Notes: generated by a model from the letters alone, not told the origin. Positions 9,010 through 18,707 are shown, numbered from the stretch's first letter. The stretch: 64,000 nt of DNA from an uncultured Gammaproteobacteria bacterium (GCA_964406935.1 CAYOTM010000001.1:11092-75091); one strand, 5' to 3'. A program made the numbers and translations.

Positions 9010-11637
9010 ATGTTCAATAAATTTACCGATAAATCACAGGAGGCGATTATTAATGCCCAAGTAATTGCTAGCAATTTTGGCCAAGCTAGCATTGAAGCCA
9101 TCCACTTATTATTATCTCTCTTGCAACAAAATGAAGGCCTAGTAAAGCCTGTTTTGGAAAAATTAAAAATTGACCCCGAGGTAGTGGAAACTTATGCTCT
9201 AGATGAAATTAAAAAATTACCCAGCAGTGAAATTACTCGACCCAGTGGTCCGATTCAGGCTGTCTCTGGAAACAATGAAACCGCCCTGGTTTTAGAAAGA
9301 TCAAAAAAAGAATCCGACGGCATGGGCGATGAATTTATTTCCACCGAACACATTTTCTTAGCTTTAATTGGCATCAAGTCAGCTGCCCAACAAATTCTTC
9401 TAAATTTTAAAGTGGAGTATCAAGAGGTAAAAACTATTCTTCAAGAATTACGCGGTGACGCTAAAATTACTGACCCCTTCCCTGAAACTAAATTCAAAGT
9501 TTTAGAAAAATATACCACTAACTTAACTGGACTAGCTCGTCAAGAAAAACTTGACCCAGTAGTTGGTCGCGACACCGAAATTAGACGCTTAATGCAAGTT
9601 TTACTTCGACGGACTAAAAATAATCCAGTCTTAATTGGTGAGGCGGGCACAGGAAAAACAGCGATTGTTGAAGGCTTAGCTCAAAGAATTGTTGATGGTG
9701 ACGTCCCAGAAAATTTAAAAAATAAAGAAATCATTACTCTTGATTTAGGATCTTTAGTGGCCGGCGCGAAATTTCGGGGCGAATTTGAAGATCGTTTAAA
9801 GGCAGTCCTTAAAGAAGTTCAAAGCCAGCAAGGAAAAATTATTTTATTTATTGATGAGCTCCATACTTTAATCGGCACCGGGGCTTCAGAAGGATCAATG
9901 GATGCTTCTAATATGTTAAAACCGGCCTTGGCCCGAGGTGAGCTTCGAACTATTGGCGCCACCACCACCAAGGAATATCAAAAATATATCGAAAAAGATG
10001 CTGCTCTGGAGCGCCGCTTTCAACCAGTTTTTGTAGCTGAGCCAAATATTGAAGATACCACTAATATGCTTCGCGGCTTAAAAGAAAAATATGAAGTTCA
10101 TCATGGAGTACACATTACTGACGATGCGTTAGTAGCGGCCGCTAAATTATCGGATCGCTACATTGCTGATCGCTTTTTACCCGATAAGGCCGTTGATTTA
10201 ATTGATGAAGCAACTTCTTCTCTGCGAATGGAAATTGATTCCATGCCCGATGAACTAGACCAGCTAAAAAGAAAGATCAAACAACTAGAGATCAACAAAG
10301 CAGCTTTATTATCAACTAACAAAAAAACTGTTAAGTTAAAAACAATTAATCAAGAATTAGCTAAAATTAAGGAGCGGGCCAAACAACTCGAACTTCACTG
10401 GACTAATGAAAAAAATATTATTTCCGATATTCGTCTCAAAAAGAAAGAGATTGAAGAATTACGTATTAAAGCAGAAATTGCCCAACGACAAGGCAGTGAT
10501 TTAACTGAAGTGGCCAAAATTAAATATGCCCTGATTCCAGAACTGGAAACCAGTATTAATAAACTTCAAGCTGATTTATTAAAAATTCAAAAGAAGGGTC
10601 AACGAATCTTAAAAGAAGAGGTTGATGAAGAAGATATTGCCAAAGTAGTTTCTCGCTGGACCGGAATTCCGGTTAACAAAATGTTAGCCGATGAAATTAA
10701 AAAATTATCCACCGCTGAAACTGAACTCCAGGCAGAAGTGATTGGCCAAGATGAAGCAATTGCCTCAATTGCTAAGGCCTTAAGACGCTCTCGCGCCGGC
10801 ATTAATGAAGAACAACGACCAATTGGCTCCTTCTTATTTATTGGTCCGACTGGTGTAGGAAAAACCGAACTAGCTAAAACCCTCACTCGCTTTATTTTTA
10901 ATGATGAAAGCGCAATGATTCGTTTAGATATGAGCGAATATATGGAAAAACATTCCGTCGCTAAATTAATTGGCTCCCCGCCCGGCTATATTGGCCATGA
11001 TGAAGGTGGCCAATTAACCGAAAAAGTCAGACGTCATCCTTACAGTGTGCTCTTGTTTGACGAAATTGAAAAAGCGCACCCCGATATGTTTAATATGCTC
11101 CTACAAATTCTCGATGATGGTCGTTTAACTGACTCCAAAGGACGAGTGGTGAACTTTAAAAATACCATTATTATTATGACCTCGAACTTAGGCAATGAAA
11201 TTATTAAACAATACTCCATTGGTTTTAGTGGCGATGAGGAAGTGTCTCTTGGCCGTGACAAGGAAATGCGAGAAAAGATTGACAAACTTTTACGTCAGCA
11301 TTTTAAATTAGAATTTATTAACCGAATCGATGAAATCGTTTTGTTTAAAAGTCTTAGCCCGGAATCTTTAGAAAAAATTGTTGATCTGGAACTAGCTAAA
11401 GTCGAGAAGCGCCTCCATAATAAAAATATTAGTCTCAAGGTTCACCAAAAAGTGAAAAAAATGTTAGCTGAAAAAGGCTATGATATTAGTTATGGCGTCA
11501 GACCCTTAAAACGAATTATTAAAACAGCTATTTTAGATGAACTAGCCAGTAAAATTATTGAAGGCAAAATTAAAGAAGGCCAAAAAGTGAAAATCGATGT
11601 TGGCCAAGAAGATAAAGTTGTCATGACGGCTGTTTAA
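9010..11637 (+). CDS. clpB: ATP-dependent chaperone ClpB
   Basis: 875 aa with a Clp_N domain, NBD1 ([27 protein letters not shown]), a long M-domain coiled coil, and NBD2 ([18 protein letters not shown]). Confidence 0.9.
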   Translation: MFNKFTDKSQEAIINAQVIASNFGQASIEAIHLLLSLLQQNEGLVKPVLEKLKIDPEVVETYALDEIKKLPSSEITRPSGPIQAVSGNNETALVLERSKKESDGMGDEFISTEHIFLALIGIKSAAQQILLNFKVEYQEVKTILQELRGDAKITDPFPETKFKVLEKYTTNLTGLARQEKLDPVVGRDTEIRRLMQVLLRRTKNNPVLIGEAGTGKTAIVEGLAQRIVDGDVPENLKNKEIITLDLGSLVAGAKFRGEFEDRLKAVLKEVQSQQGKIILFIDELHTLIGTGASEGSMDASNMLKPALARGELRTIGATTTKEYQKYIEKDAALERRFQPVFVAEPNIEDTTNMLRGLKEKYEVHHGVHITDDALVAAAKLSDRYIADRFLPDKAVDLIDEATSSLRMEIDSMPDELDQLKRKIKQLEINKAALLSTNKKTVKLKTINQELAKIKERAKQLELHWTNEKNIISDIRLKKKEIEELRIKAEIAQRQGSDLTEVAKIKYALIPELETSINKLQADLLKIQKKGQRILKEEVDEEDIAKVVSRWTGIPVNKMLADEIKKLSTAETELQAEVIGQDEAIASIAKALRRSRAGINEEQRPIGSFLFIGPTGVGKTELAKTLTRFIFNDESAMIRLDMSEYMEKHSVAKLIGSPPGYIGHDEGGQLTEKVRRHPYSVLLFDEIEKAHPDMFNMLLQILDDGRLTDSKGRVVNFKNTIIIMTSNLGNEIIKQYSIGFSGDEEVSLGRDKEMREKIDKLLRQHFKLEFINRIDEIVLFKSLSPESLEKIVDLELAKVEKRLHNKNISLKVHQKVKKMLAEKGYDISYGVRPLKRIIKTAILDELASKIIEGKIKEGQKVKIDVGQEDKVVMTAV

Positions 11638-11690
11638 ATAAATGAGATTTACTTACCGATCGAAAAATCCCAATAAATAATTAGCCATTA

Positions 11691-11717
11691 GCCCCACTAG
11701 CATAGTGGGGCTTTATT
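11691..11717 (+). terminator. rho-independent terminator after clpB
   Basis: GCCCCACTA-gca-TAGTGGGGC followed by TTTATT. Confidence 0.6.
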
Positions 11718-11748
11718 AACGTTTAAAAAAATATTAATTAGTCTAGGT

Positions 11749-11777
11749 TTGTGAATTAAACCAAAATATACTATAAT
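11749..11777 (+). promoter_or_regulatory. sigma70-type promoter candidate
   Basis: TTGTGA, 17-bp spacer, TATAAT, ending 25 bp upstream of the ATG at 11802. Confidence 0.35.
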
Positions 11778-11801
11778 AGAGCTACTAAATACTTTAAAAT
11801 T

Positions 11802-13292
11802 ATGTTGAAAAAATTATTAATTGTTTTCCCAATTTTACTAATTATTATTAGTTTAAATGGAACTCGGGCGAAAGCTCAGATTGACCCTAATTTTGATCCT
11901 AATTTCATTATTAGTGACGAGGAAATGCTCAATTGGAGTAGTCTAACTTTATCAGAAATTCAAGCCTTCCTAGAAAGTAAAAATAGTTATCTGGCTACTT
12001 ATCAAACAATCAATGCTTATGGCACCCTAAAAACCGCCGCCGAAATTATTTATGAGGCAGCTGTGGCTAATTATGACTGCAAAGATGTAGAGATAGATGA
12101 AACCACCACGGAAGCGGAAAGACAACTTAAATGTCAACGAATTACTACTATTAATCCTAAAGTTCTACTGGTTCTTCTTCAAAAAGAATCTAGTTTAATT
12201 GAAAATCCTAACCCGATAGAAAGACTGCTTGATCAAGCTACTGGCTATGGTTGCCCAGATAGCGGTGGCTGCAATCCTCGCTTCGCTGGCTTTGGCAAAC
12301 AAGTCAACAGTGCCGCCCTGCAATTTTTAGCCTACCTACAAACTCCCTTAAGATATCCTTATAAAGCCGGGGTTGCCTATATTTTCAACAATCCTTATGG
12401 CACCATCTCTCAAGATACCTTAATGGTTGTCCCCACCAATCAAGCAACCGCCGCTCTCTACAACTACACTCCTCATGTTTTTAATGGCAACTATAACTTT
12501 TGGCGGGTTTATAATCGCTATTTCCCAGAAAGTGTTAATCATCGATTAGCTCGCTATCCTGACGGCTCACTCCTAAGAGCTGCCGGGGAACCCGGTGTCT
12601 GGTTAATTCAACGAGGTCAAAAACGACCCTTCTTAAGTTGGAGTTCCTTAACTTCCCGCTATAACCCCAATCGTATTTTAGTGGTTGATAAAATTGAATT
12701 AGAGGCCTATCCTAAAGGCGCTCCAATTAAATATCCAAACTATTCATTACTGAGATCGCCAATGGGTAATCTTTACTTAATTGTTGGTGATCAAAAAAGA
12801 TTATTTGTTAATCAAGAGGTATTTCGTAGTTTTGGTTTTCACCCCGACGAAATTATTGATGCTTCTCTCCAAGATTTAAACTATTACCAAGATGGTGAGG
12901 CAATTACCGCTGACTCAAGTTATTTAACGGGCGCTCTCCTTCAAGATCCTCAGAGCGGTGGCGTTTTCTATGTTCATGATAAATATAAAGCCCCCCTCAT
13001 TGACCGGGTATTTTTAACTACTAAATTCAAAAATGAAATAGTTAAAAAGGCAACAATTGAAGAATTGGCCAAATATGAAAAAATTAGTCCCGTCTTATTT
13101 GATGACGGCGAGCTCTTAAAATCCAGTACAGTTAGCACTGTTTATTTAATATCTAATGGCCAAAAACGAGCCTTTACTACCGGTCAAGTCTTTGAAAGTT
13201 TGGGTTATCAGTGGGCCAACATTATTGAAGTGTCGCCCCAACTCTTATCTCTTTATCCTTTTGGTGATTTAATTACTGATCAACATAATTAA
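11802..13292 (+). CDS. secreted protein with four ~50-aa tandem repeats (putative cell-envelope-binding modules)
   Basis: Signal peptide MLKKLLIVFPILLIIISLNGTRAKA. C-terminal half carries repeats of the pattern YLI.nGqKR.F.s..vF.S.G......i..vs...L..Yp.G..I. Confidence 0.55.
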   Translation: MLKKLLIVFPILLIIISLNGTRAKAQIDPNFDPNFIISDEEMLNWSSLTLSEIQAFLESKNSYLATYQTINAYGTLKTAAEIIYEAAVANYDCKDVEIDETTTEAERQLKCQRITTINPKVLLVLLQKESSLIENPNPIERLLDQATGYGCPDSGGCNPRFAGFGKQVNSAALQFLAYLQTPLRYPYKAGVAYIFNNPYGTISQDTLMVVPTNQATAALYNYTPHVFNGNYNFWRVYNRYFPESVNHRLARYPDGSLLRAAGEPGVWLIQRGQKRPFLSWSSLTSRYNPNRILVVDKIELEAYPKGAPIKYPNYSLLRSPMGNLYLIVGDQKRLFVNQEVFRSFGFHPDEIIDASLQDLNYYQDGEAITADSSYLTGALLQDPQSGGVFYVHDKYKAPLIDRVFLTTKFKNEIVKKATIEELAKYEKISPVLFDDGELLKSSTVSTVYLISNGQKRAFTTGQVFESLGYQWANIIEVSPQLLSLYPFGDLITDQHN

Positions 13293-13311
13293 ACAATTCA
13301 ACAAAGAAAAA

Positions 13312-13336
13312 GGCCGAAAATAAATCGGCCTTTTTT
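13312..13336 (+). terminator. rho-independent terminator
   Basis: GGCCGA-aaataaa-TCGGCC followed by TTTTTT. Confidence 0.7.
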
Positions 13337-13433
13337 AACTAATTCAAATATAAAAACATTTTTAATCAAATAAGTCAATATTTAGTCTTCCCTGGTTTTA
13401 TATTATACTAATATCATCTAATTAACTATATTT

Positions 13434-14243
13434 ATGCCTCAAACATTAGCTGCCATTTTACCTCATTCACCTTTACTAATTCCGGAGATCGGCAAAGACA
13501 ATCAAAAAATTTTAAATAATACTTTAACTGCTTATAATGAAGTAGCGGATAAGCTCCAACAATTAAACACTGAAGTAATTATTATCATTTCTTCTCATGG
13601 GTCTTCTTTACCTGATAGTTTTTCTTTGGGTTTAGCTCCCCAGTTTAATATTTCTTTTAAAGATTTTGGCTGTTTTTTAACCCGCCCCAGCATTAAACCG
13701 GCCCTCAAACTAGCTGATGCTTTTAAAGAGAGTCTTGATCGAGAAATTCCCTGCCAATTTGTTTCCCAAATTAATTTAGATTATGGAAGCGCGATTCCTC
13801 TCACCCTACTTAAAGCCCAAGAAAATCAACAAACAGTTCTACCAATTTTTCCAGCGAATAATTTAAACTGGCTAGAGCATTATAATTTTGGCGAAAAACT
13901 TGGTGAGTTTATCGCTAGTCGTCCAGAAAAAATTGCCTTGATTGCCTCAGGCGACATGTCCCACCGCCTAACAGTTAATAGCCCTGGTGGTTATTCAATC
14001 CACGGCAATCGTTTTGATAATAAAATTAAGGAATATCTTAATTACCCGACTAAAGTCAAAGAAAAATTATTAAACCTCGACCCCCAAAAAGTGGCCGAAG
14101 CTCAAGAATGTTTGCTAAAACCCCTCTTGATCACCCTAGGGGCAATTGGTCAAAAATATCAACCAGAACTACTAGCTTATCAAAAGGATTTTGGAGTTGG
14201 TTATTTAAGTTTTTTGTTTGACTCTAAGCCAATAAATTATTAA
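13434..14243 (+). CDS. class III extradiol dioxygenase (LigB)/MEMO1-like family protein
   Basis: AILPHSPLLIPEIG, IIISSHG and ASGDMSHRL match the metal-site motifs of the LigB/DODA/MEMO1 superfamily. Confidence 0.5.
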   Translation: MPQTLAAILPHSPLLIPEIGKDNQKILNNTLTAYNEVADKLQQLNTEVIIIISSHGSSLPDSFSLGLAPQFNISFKDFGCFLTRPSIKPALKLADAFKESLDREIPCQFVSQINLDYGSAIPLTLLKAQENQQTVLPIFPANNLNWLEHYNFGEKLGEFIASRPEKIALIASGDMSHRLTVNSPGGYSIHGNRFDNKIKEYLNYPTKVKEKLLNLDPQKVAEAQECLLKPLLITLGAIGQKYQPELLAYQKDFGVGYLSFLFDSKPINY

Positions 14244-14254
14244 GATTAATTAAT

Positions 14255-14509
14255 ATGGATAGCCTCTCTAGTCTAATTCAAAATCGTCAAACAATTAAAC
14301 CGCCGGCTTATCCCTGGCAAGATTTAGCTTTAGAAATAATTAAAGAATTAGGCATCCCTAATAATAAGCGATCAGCTGTCTTTAAGGTCTGCAAAGAAAA
14401 TTCCGAAGCCGTGATTAGACGAGCCTTAAATGATACCAAAGAATTATGTAAAACTGGTTTAGCTTGGCGTTATTTTTTTAAAATTATTGATCAAGAAAAG
14501 AAAAAATAA
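14255..14509 (+). CDS. hypothetical small protein
   Basis: 84-aa ORF packed tightly between the LigB-like gene and def; no recognisable motif. Confidence 0.35.
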   Translation: MDSLSSLIQNRQTIKPPAYPWQDLALEIIKELGIPNNKRSAVFKVCKENSEAVIRRALNDTKELCKTGLAWRYFFKIIDQEKKK

Positions 14510-14512
14510 TCT

Positions 14513-14977
14513 ATGAAAGGAAAAATTTTAGATATCAAACTTAATCCCGATCCGGTTCTTCGAAAAATTTCCTCAGCCATTAAAGGACTGGAGATTAAGG
14601 ATAAGAAATTTAAACAATTTTTAGCAGATATGGAAGCAACTATGCTCGCCAAGGATGGGGCAGGCTTAGCGGCGCCTCAGGTTGGGATTAACAAAAGAGT
14701 GGTTGTTTTAAGCGAAAATGGCCAAACTATTTTTATGATTAATCCGGAAATCACCCGTAAGTCATACGGAAAAATTACTGATGATGAGGGTTGCTTGTCA
14801 GTCGTTAATGATCAGGGGGAAATTTATTATCAACCAGTGGCTCGCCACAAATGGGTAAATTGTCGTTTTCTTGATCAAAAAGGTAAATTAAAAAAAATTA
14901 AAGCAAGTAATAATTTAGCCCGAGCGATTCAACATGAAATTGATCACCTAAATGGTATTTTATTTATTGATTATTAA
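14513..14977 (+). CDS. def: peptide deformylase
   Basis: GAGLAAPQVG, EGCLSV and QHEIDHLNG, the three PDF motifs. Confidence 0.9.
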   Translation: MKGKILDIKLNPDPVLRKISSAIKGLEIKDKKFKQFLADMEATMLAKDGAGLAAPQVGINKRVVVLSENGQTIFMINPEITRKSYGKITDDEGCLSVVNDQGEIYYQPVARHKWVNCRFLDQKGKLKKIKASNNLARAIQHEIDHLNGILFIDY

Positions 14978-15034
14978 TAAATAAAATAATAAACCCTTCT
15001 TTGCTCCCCCCTCACTACCTCTGATATTTTCTTT

Positions 15035-15069
15035 AAAAAAACACCGACTCTGATAATCGGTGTTTTTTA
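15035..15069. terminator. bidirectional rho-independent terminator (def / dedA convergent)
   Basis: AAAAAAACACCGA-ctctgataa-TCGGTGTTTTTT. Confidence 0.7.
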
Positions 15070-15078
15070 TTGACTATT

Positions 15079-15708
15079 TTATTTAATATTTTTAGATTTT
15101 TTTCGTCGATGTTTCAAAATAGTAAAACTAAGTACAAAGAAGAAAGTAAAAATTAATAACCAAAAAATTTCCTGATAATAGCGGCGCAATTGTTCATCAT
15201 GAGCCCCAAAAAAATAACCTAAAGCGGCCAAAACACTGCTCCAAATAAAAGCGCCTAAAAAAGTATAACCAACAAAAGGCAAAATTTTCATTTTAGCAAA
15301 ACCAGCTGGCAAAGAATTCAGCTGACGAACAATCGGTACTAAACGACCAAAAAAAGTAGAGGCGGCTTCATATTTAACAAAAAAACTCTCAGCTCGTTGA
15401 ATTTTTTCCTCAGTAATTAATAAAAATTTAGCCACTTTGGTTCTAACTAAGCGATAAACAATCGGGCGCCCTAAATAACGAGCTAGAAAGTAATTAATTA
15501 AAGCCCCCACTAAACTTCCGAGGGAGGAAGCAAGAATAATCAACCAAATATTTAGCTTTCCTTGAGCAGCTAAATAAGCAGCCGGGGGGACAACAATTTC
15601 TGAAGGAAAAGGAATAAAAGAACTTTCAATTACCATTAAGAAAAAGACCCCCCAATAATTAACGGTGGCAAAAAAATTTAAGAAGGCATCAAATAATTCC
15701 AGTATCAT
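15079..15708 (-). CDS. DedA/SNARE-associated family membrane protein
   Basis: VFFLMVIESSFIPFPSEIVVPPAAYLAA plus 4-5 TM helices; typical DedA. Confidence 0.8.
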   Translation of the reverse strand: MILELFDAFLNFFATVNYWGVFFLMVIESSFIPFPSEIVVPPAAYLAAQGKLNIWLIILASSLGSLVGALINYFLARYLGRPIVYRLVRTKVAKFLLITEEKIQRAESFFVKYEAASTFFGRLVPIVRQLNSLPAGFAKMKILPFVGYTFLGAFIWSSVLAALGYFFGAHDEQLRRYYQEIFWLLIFTFFFVLSFTILKHRRKKSKNIK

Positions 15709-15793
15709 AAATTTATTATAGCAAAAAAAAGATTAATTCAAAATAAACATCGGCCCTTTTGCTTTATTATCTAAAAACGGTTAAAATATTTTT

Positions 15794-16729
15794 ATGACAA
15801 ATATTTGGAAAACAATTTTCATGGGCACTCCCAAATTTGCTGAACCCAGCCTACAGGCCTTATTGGCGGCAAAAAATTTTCCAATTATTGGGGTGTTTAC
15901 TCAACCCGATAAGCCGGTAGGTCGCAAACAAATCATTACTCCCTCGGCAATTAAAGTTTTGGCACAAGCTCATAAAATACCGGTTTATCAGCCGGAAAAA
16001 ATTAAAACAGAGGTGGATATAATTAAAAGCCTCCAACCAGACCTAATTGTGGTAGTTGCTTATGGACAAATTATTCCTCAGGCAATTTTAGATATTCCCT
16101 CTTTAGGAATTATTAATGTTCACGCCTCCCTACTGCCTAAATATCGAGGAGCCGCTTGTTTAGCCGCACCAATTTTAAACGGTGACCTTGAAACTGGAAT
16201 AACCATTATGAAAATGGAAGCCACTTTAGATACAGGCCCCATCCTTAAACAAGCAAAAATTAAATTAACCGGGCAGGAATATTTAACTGAGTTGCATGAC
16301 AAGTTGGCAACTTTGGGAGCAGAAATCTTAATCCCAACATTAATTGATTATGCTCAAGGTAAAATTAAGCCCCAAGCCCAAGATGATAATCAGACTACTT
16401 ATGTTAAGCAAACTAACAAAGCGGAGGGAAAAATTGATTGGCAACAGTCAGCTAACCATATTGAACGACAAATCAGGGCTTATAACCCCTGGCCAGGAGC
16501 TTATTGCCAATTACCCAGCGGTCAAACTTTAAAGATTATTAAAGCTCAGGCACTTACTGGCCCAGACTCCACTGCTCCTGGAAAAATAAAAATTGACAAA
16601 GGAAGTCTTTTGGTTGGCACTGGACAGGGTAATTTACTTATATTAGAATTACAAGCGGCTGGTCAAAAAGTAATGTCGGCTTCAGAGTTTTTACGGGGCC
16701 ACAAGCTAGCTGATCAACAATTATTGTAA
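15794..16729 (+). CDS. fmt: methionyl-tRNA formyltransferase
   Basis: IIFMGTPKFAEPSL and INVHASLLPKYRGAA; adjacent to def. Confidence 0.9.
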   Translation: MTNIWKTIFMGTPKFAEPSLQALLAAKNFPIIGVFTQPDKPVGRKQIITPSAIKVLAQAHKIPVYQPEKIKTEVDIIKSLQPDLIVVVAYGQIIPQAILDIPSLGIINVHASLLPKYRGAACLAAPILNGDLETGITIMKMEATLDTGPILKQAKIKLTGQEYLTELHDKLATLGAEILIPTLIDYAQGKIKPQAQDDNQTTYVKQTNKAEGKIDWQQSANHIERQIRAYNPWPGAYCQLPSGQTLKIIKAQALTGPDSTAPGKIKIDKGSLLVGTGQGNLLILELQAAGQKVMSASEFLRGHKLADQQLL

Positions 16730-16740
16730 ATATTATCAAT

Positions 16741-16815
16741 GGCCCCTTCGTCTATTGGTTAGGACGTCTGGTTCTCAGCCAGGAAAGACGGGTTCGATTC
16801 CCGTAGGGGCTACCA
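16741..16815 (+). tRNA. tRNA-Glu (anticodon CUC) with encoded CCA
   Basis: Manual cloverleaf: acceptor GGCCCCT/AGGGGCT, D-arm GTCT..GGAC, anticodon stem TCTGG/CCAGG with loop TTCTCAG, T-arm ACGGG-TTCGATT-CCCGT, then CCA. Confidence 0.75.
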
Positions 16816-16835
16816 AATAAAAATATATAAGGAAG
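16797..16835 (+). repeat. 39-bp direct repeat copy 1 (tRNA-Glu 3' end plus 20 bp of flank)
   Basis: ATTCCCGTAGGGGCTACCAAATAAAAATATATAAGGAAG; exact second copy at 17016-17054. Confidence 0.85.
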
Positions 16836-17015
16836 TTATAATATTTTTATTAGGTCGACGTTAGTCGATGGGAATCGAACAGGTTGCAAGCGAGTCTTGA
16901 GCGAGAGCGGAAGACCGAGCGAAAAGGAGAGCGCCGGACGAAGCTCCGGGGGAGCTTCGGACGCCAACCCTGGACAAGTGAGCGAGCCGCATTATGGCGG
17001 CGAGTGAGCGCGATA
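16836..17015 (+). other. 180-bp insert between the direct repeats: 17 bp AT-rich plus about 163 bp GC-rich (~60% GC) with internal hairpins; candidate integration remnant or structured ncRNA
   Basis: Sharp GC jump relative to the ~33% background. Hairpins TCGAC-gtta-GTCGA and GAAGCTCC-ggg-GGAGCTTC. GAGCGAG-type internal repeats. Bracketed by copies of the tRNA 3' end. Confidence 0.3.
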
Positions 17016-17054
17016 ATTCCCGTAGGGGCTACCAAATAAAAATATATAAGGAAG
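17016..17054 (+). repeat. 39-bp direct repeat copy 2
   Basis: Exact copy of 16797-16835; followed by a C8T8 homopolymer tract at 17069-17084. Confidence 0.85.
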
Positions 17055-17121
17055 AAGCAAGCACGATACCCCCCCCTTTTTTTTAATAACTACTTAATAA
17101 AAATAAAAAATAATTAACTAT

Positions 17122-17199
17122 ATGAATAAAAAGAAAAAAGTGGCGAACAGAAAACATGCTAAGCGATCGGGCAAAAAAATTGCTAGCCTTAGACATTAA
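17122..17199 (+). CDS. candidate 25-aa highly basic small ORF (MNKKKKVANRKHAKRSGKKIASLRH)
   Basis: Locally GC-enriched patch inside an AT-rich spacer, stopping exactly at a strong terminator. No clear Shine-Dalgarno. Could equally be non-coding. Confidence 0.15.
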   Translation: MNKKKKVANRKHAKRSGKKIASLRH

Positions 17200-17227
17200 A
17201 AACACCGAGATTATTCGGTGTTTTTTA
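17198..17227. terminator. bidirectional rho-independent terminator
   Basis: AACACCGA-gattat-TCGGTGTTTTTT; serves the minus-strand methylthiotransferase gene and the plus-strand spacer. Confidence 0.7.
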
Positions 17228-17243
17228 ATTAAAAATTAAATTA

Positions 17244-18521
17244 CTAAGATGATAACTGTTTTTGAGAAATAGTTAATAGTTGTCCGACTTTAATTTTTGA
17301 TTTTTCTTCAGCGGTAATTTTAAAAGATAAAGGAAAATAAAATTCACTCCGAGAACGAATCACACTTCCCTGAATATCTTCCACAATTACCGTAAATTGA
17401 GAAAACTTCTTAAATATTTGAGCCTGATATTTAGCTTCTAGATCTAAAGACAAACTTCTTAATTCAAGAGACCTGTCTTTTTTTATTTTAGCAGAAACTT
17501 GATTGACCAAACTAAAAGCCGGAGTTTTAGGATGGGCTGAGAAAGGAAAAACATGAACTTTGCTAAAAGCAATTTTCTTAGCCAATTGATAGGTTTTTTT
17601 AAAATCAGCCGCAGTTTCTCCGGGAAAGCCAACAATAATATCAGTACTTAGGGCAATCTCGGGCATTAATTGACGAATTTTTTTCACCCGATCTTGAAAA
17701 TATTTTACTGAATAAGGACGCTTCATCGCCTGTAAAATTTGGTCACTGCCTGATTGCAAGGAAATATGAAGATGGCGACACAAACGACCACGAGAACTGG
17801 CTATTAACTTTAACAACTGATCATCGACCTCATTAATTTCAATCGAACTTAAACGAAAACGAGCCCCAGGAACTTCCTTTAGTAATTGTTTAAGTAAACC
17901 AACTAAATTAACTTTTTTCTTGACTGATTTGAAGTCTTGTCCATAACGACCTAGGTGAATCCCACACAAAACAATTTCTTGCCAACCATTCTTAGAAGCC
18001 TCTTTAGCTTCTTTAATTATCTCTTGAGACAAGCGACTACTCAGCCTTCCCCGGGCATAAGGAATAATACAATAAGTACAAAATTGATTACAGCCATCAG
18101 CAATTTTTAAAAAATAACGAGCCTTATCATTCGATACTAAATCATATGACGAATTTAAACCCTTAACTGACCAAAGAGGACTTGATTTTTTCTTAGTTAA
18201 ATTTAATAAATGACGACTCAGGGAAATTAAATTGCCAGTTTCCCAAACCAGATCGACTGGCAATTTTTTAGCCTCCGGATAAGTAGCTGGCCAGCAACCA
18301 AAAATCGCTATCTTAGCTTGAGGATGTTTTTTTTGTAAAAATTTCCAGACCTGCCTATCCTTACGAATGGCTGTCTGAGTCACCGCGCAAGTATTAATAA
18401 TTAACCATTCAGGATTTACTTGATTTTCTTGCCAACCCCGTTTTAACAGTAATTTCTTTAAATAAGAAGAGTCGTATTGATTTACTTTGCAGCCTAAAGT
18501 TTTAATTAAAAATTGAGACAT
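17244..18521 (-). CDS. radical-SAM methylthiotransferase of the MiaB/RimO/MtaB family (second paralog; MtaB- or RimO-like)
   Basis: N-terminal MTTase domain (KTLGCKVNQYDS), radical-SAM CNQFCTYCIIPYARG, C-terminal TRAM-like region. Confidence 0.8.
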   Translation of the reverse strand: MSQFLIKTLGCKVNQYDSSYLKKLLLKRGWQENQVNPEWLIINTCAVTQTAIRKDRQVWKFLQKKHPQAKIAIFGCWPATYPEAKKLPVDLVWETGNLISLSRHLLNLTKKKSSPLWSVKGLNSSYDLVSNDKARYFLKIADGCNQFCTYCIIPYARGRLSSRLSQEIIKEAKEASKNGWQEIVLCGIHLGRYGQDFKSVKKKVNLVGLLKQLLKEVPGARFRLSSIEINEVDDQLLKLIASSRGRLCRHLHISLQSGSDQILQAMKRPYSVKYFQDRVKKIRQLMPEIALSTDIIVGFPGETAADFKKTYQLAKKIAFSKVHVFPFSAHPKTPAFSLVNQVSAKIKKDRSLELRSLSLDLEAKYQAQIFKKFSQFTVIVEDIQGSVIRSRSEFYFPLSFKITAEEKSKIKVGQLLTISQKQLSS

Positions 18522-18634
18522 AGAAATAAAATTTCTTCAATATTATAGAAACTAACTATCCTCTTGTCAAAAAAAAACTTTTTTGGTAAGATAAAACTAA
18601 TTAATAAGCTGATTCAGCTTTTTTATTTGTTAAA

Positions 18635-18707
18635 GCGTCCATAGCTCAGCTGGTAGAGCAACTGCCTTTTAAGCAGAAGGTCGCAGGTTCGAATCCTGCT
18701 GGACGTA
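18635..18707 (+). tRNA. tRNA-Lys (anticodon UUU), no encoded CCA
   Basis: Acceptor GCGTCCA/TGGACGT, D-arm AGCTCAGCTGGTAGAGC, anticodon loop CTTTTAA, T-arm GCAGG-TTCGAAT-CCTGC. Confidence 0.8.

Noticed and set aside
16853-16880. Minus-strand GTTCGATTCCC (tRNA T-loop-like) suggesting a second tRNA on the opposite strand
   Set aside because: The flanking bases do not form a T-stem, an acceptor stem or any other cloverleaf element, so only the 11-mer resembles a tRNA.
16850-17035. 61-aa Arg-rich minus-strand ORF inside the GC-rich insert
   Set aside because: It lies entirely within the structured GC-rich segment and its composition mirrors the GC bias. It has no start context and no homolog-like pattern, so it is most likely a spurious ORF in RNA-like or remnant sequence.
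16836-17054. tmRNA (ssrA) or permuted two-piece tmRNA as identity of the GC-rich element
   Set aside because: No 5' GGGG acceptor strand pairing with the duplicated 3' end, no resume codon or tag-peptide frame ending in hydrophobic residues plus stop, and the element is half the size of a tmRNA.
17069-17084. C8T8 homopolymer tract as a phase-variation switch
   Set aside because: It is not positioned in a promoter spacer or coding start of any convincing gene; the only ORF nearby is the doubtful 25-aa micro-ORF. It is noted as part of the tRNA-associated element but not called a contingency locus.
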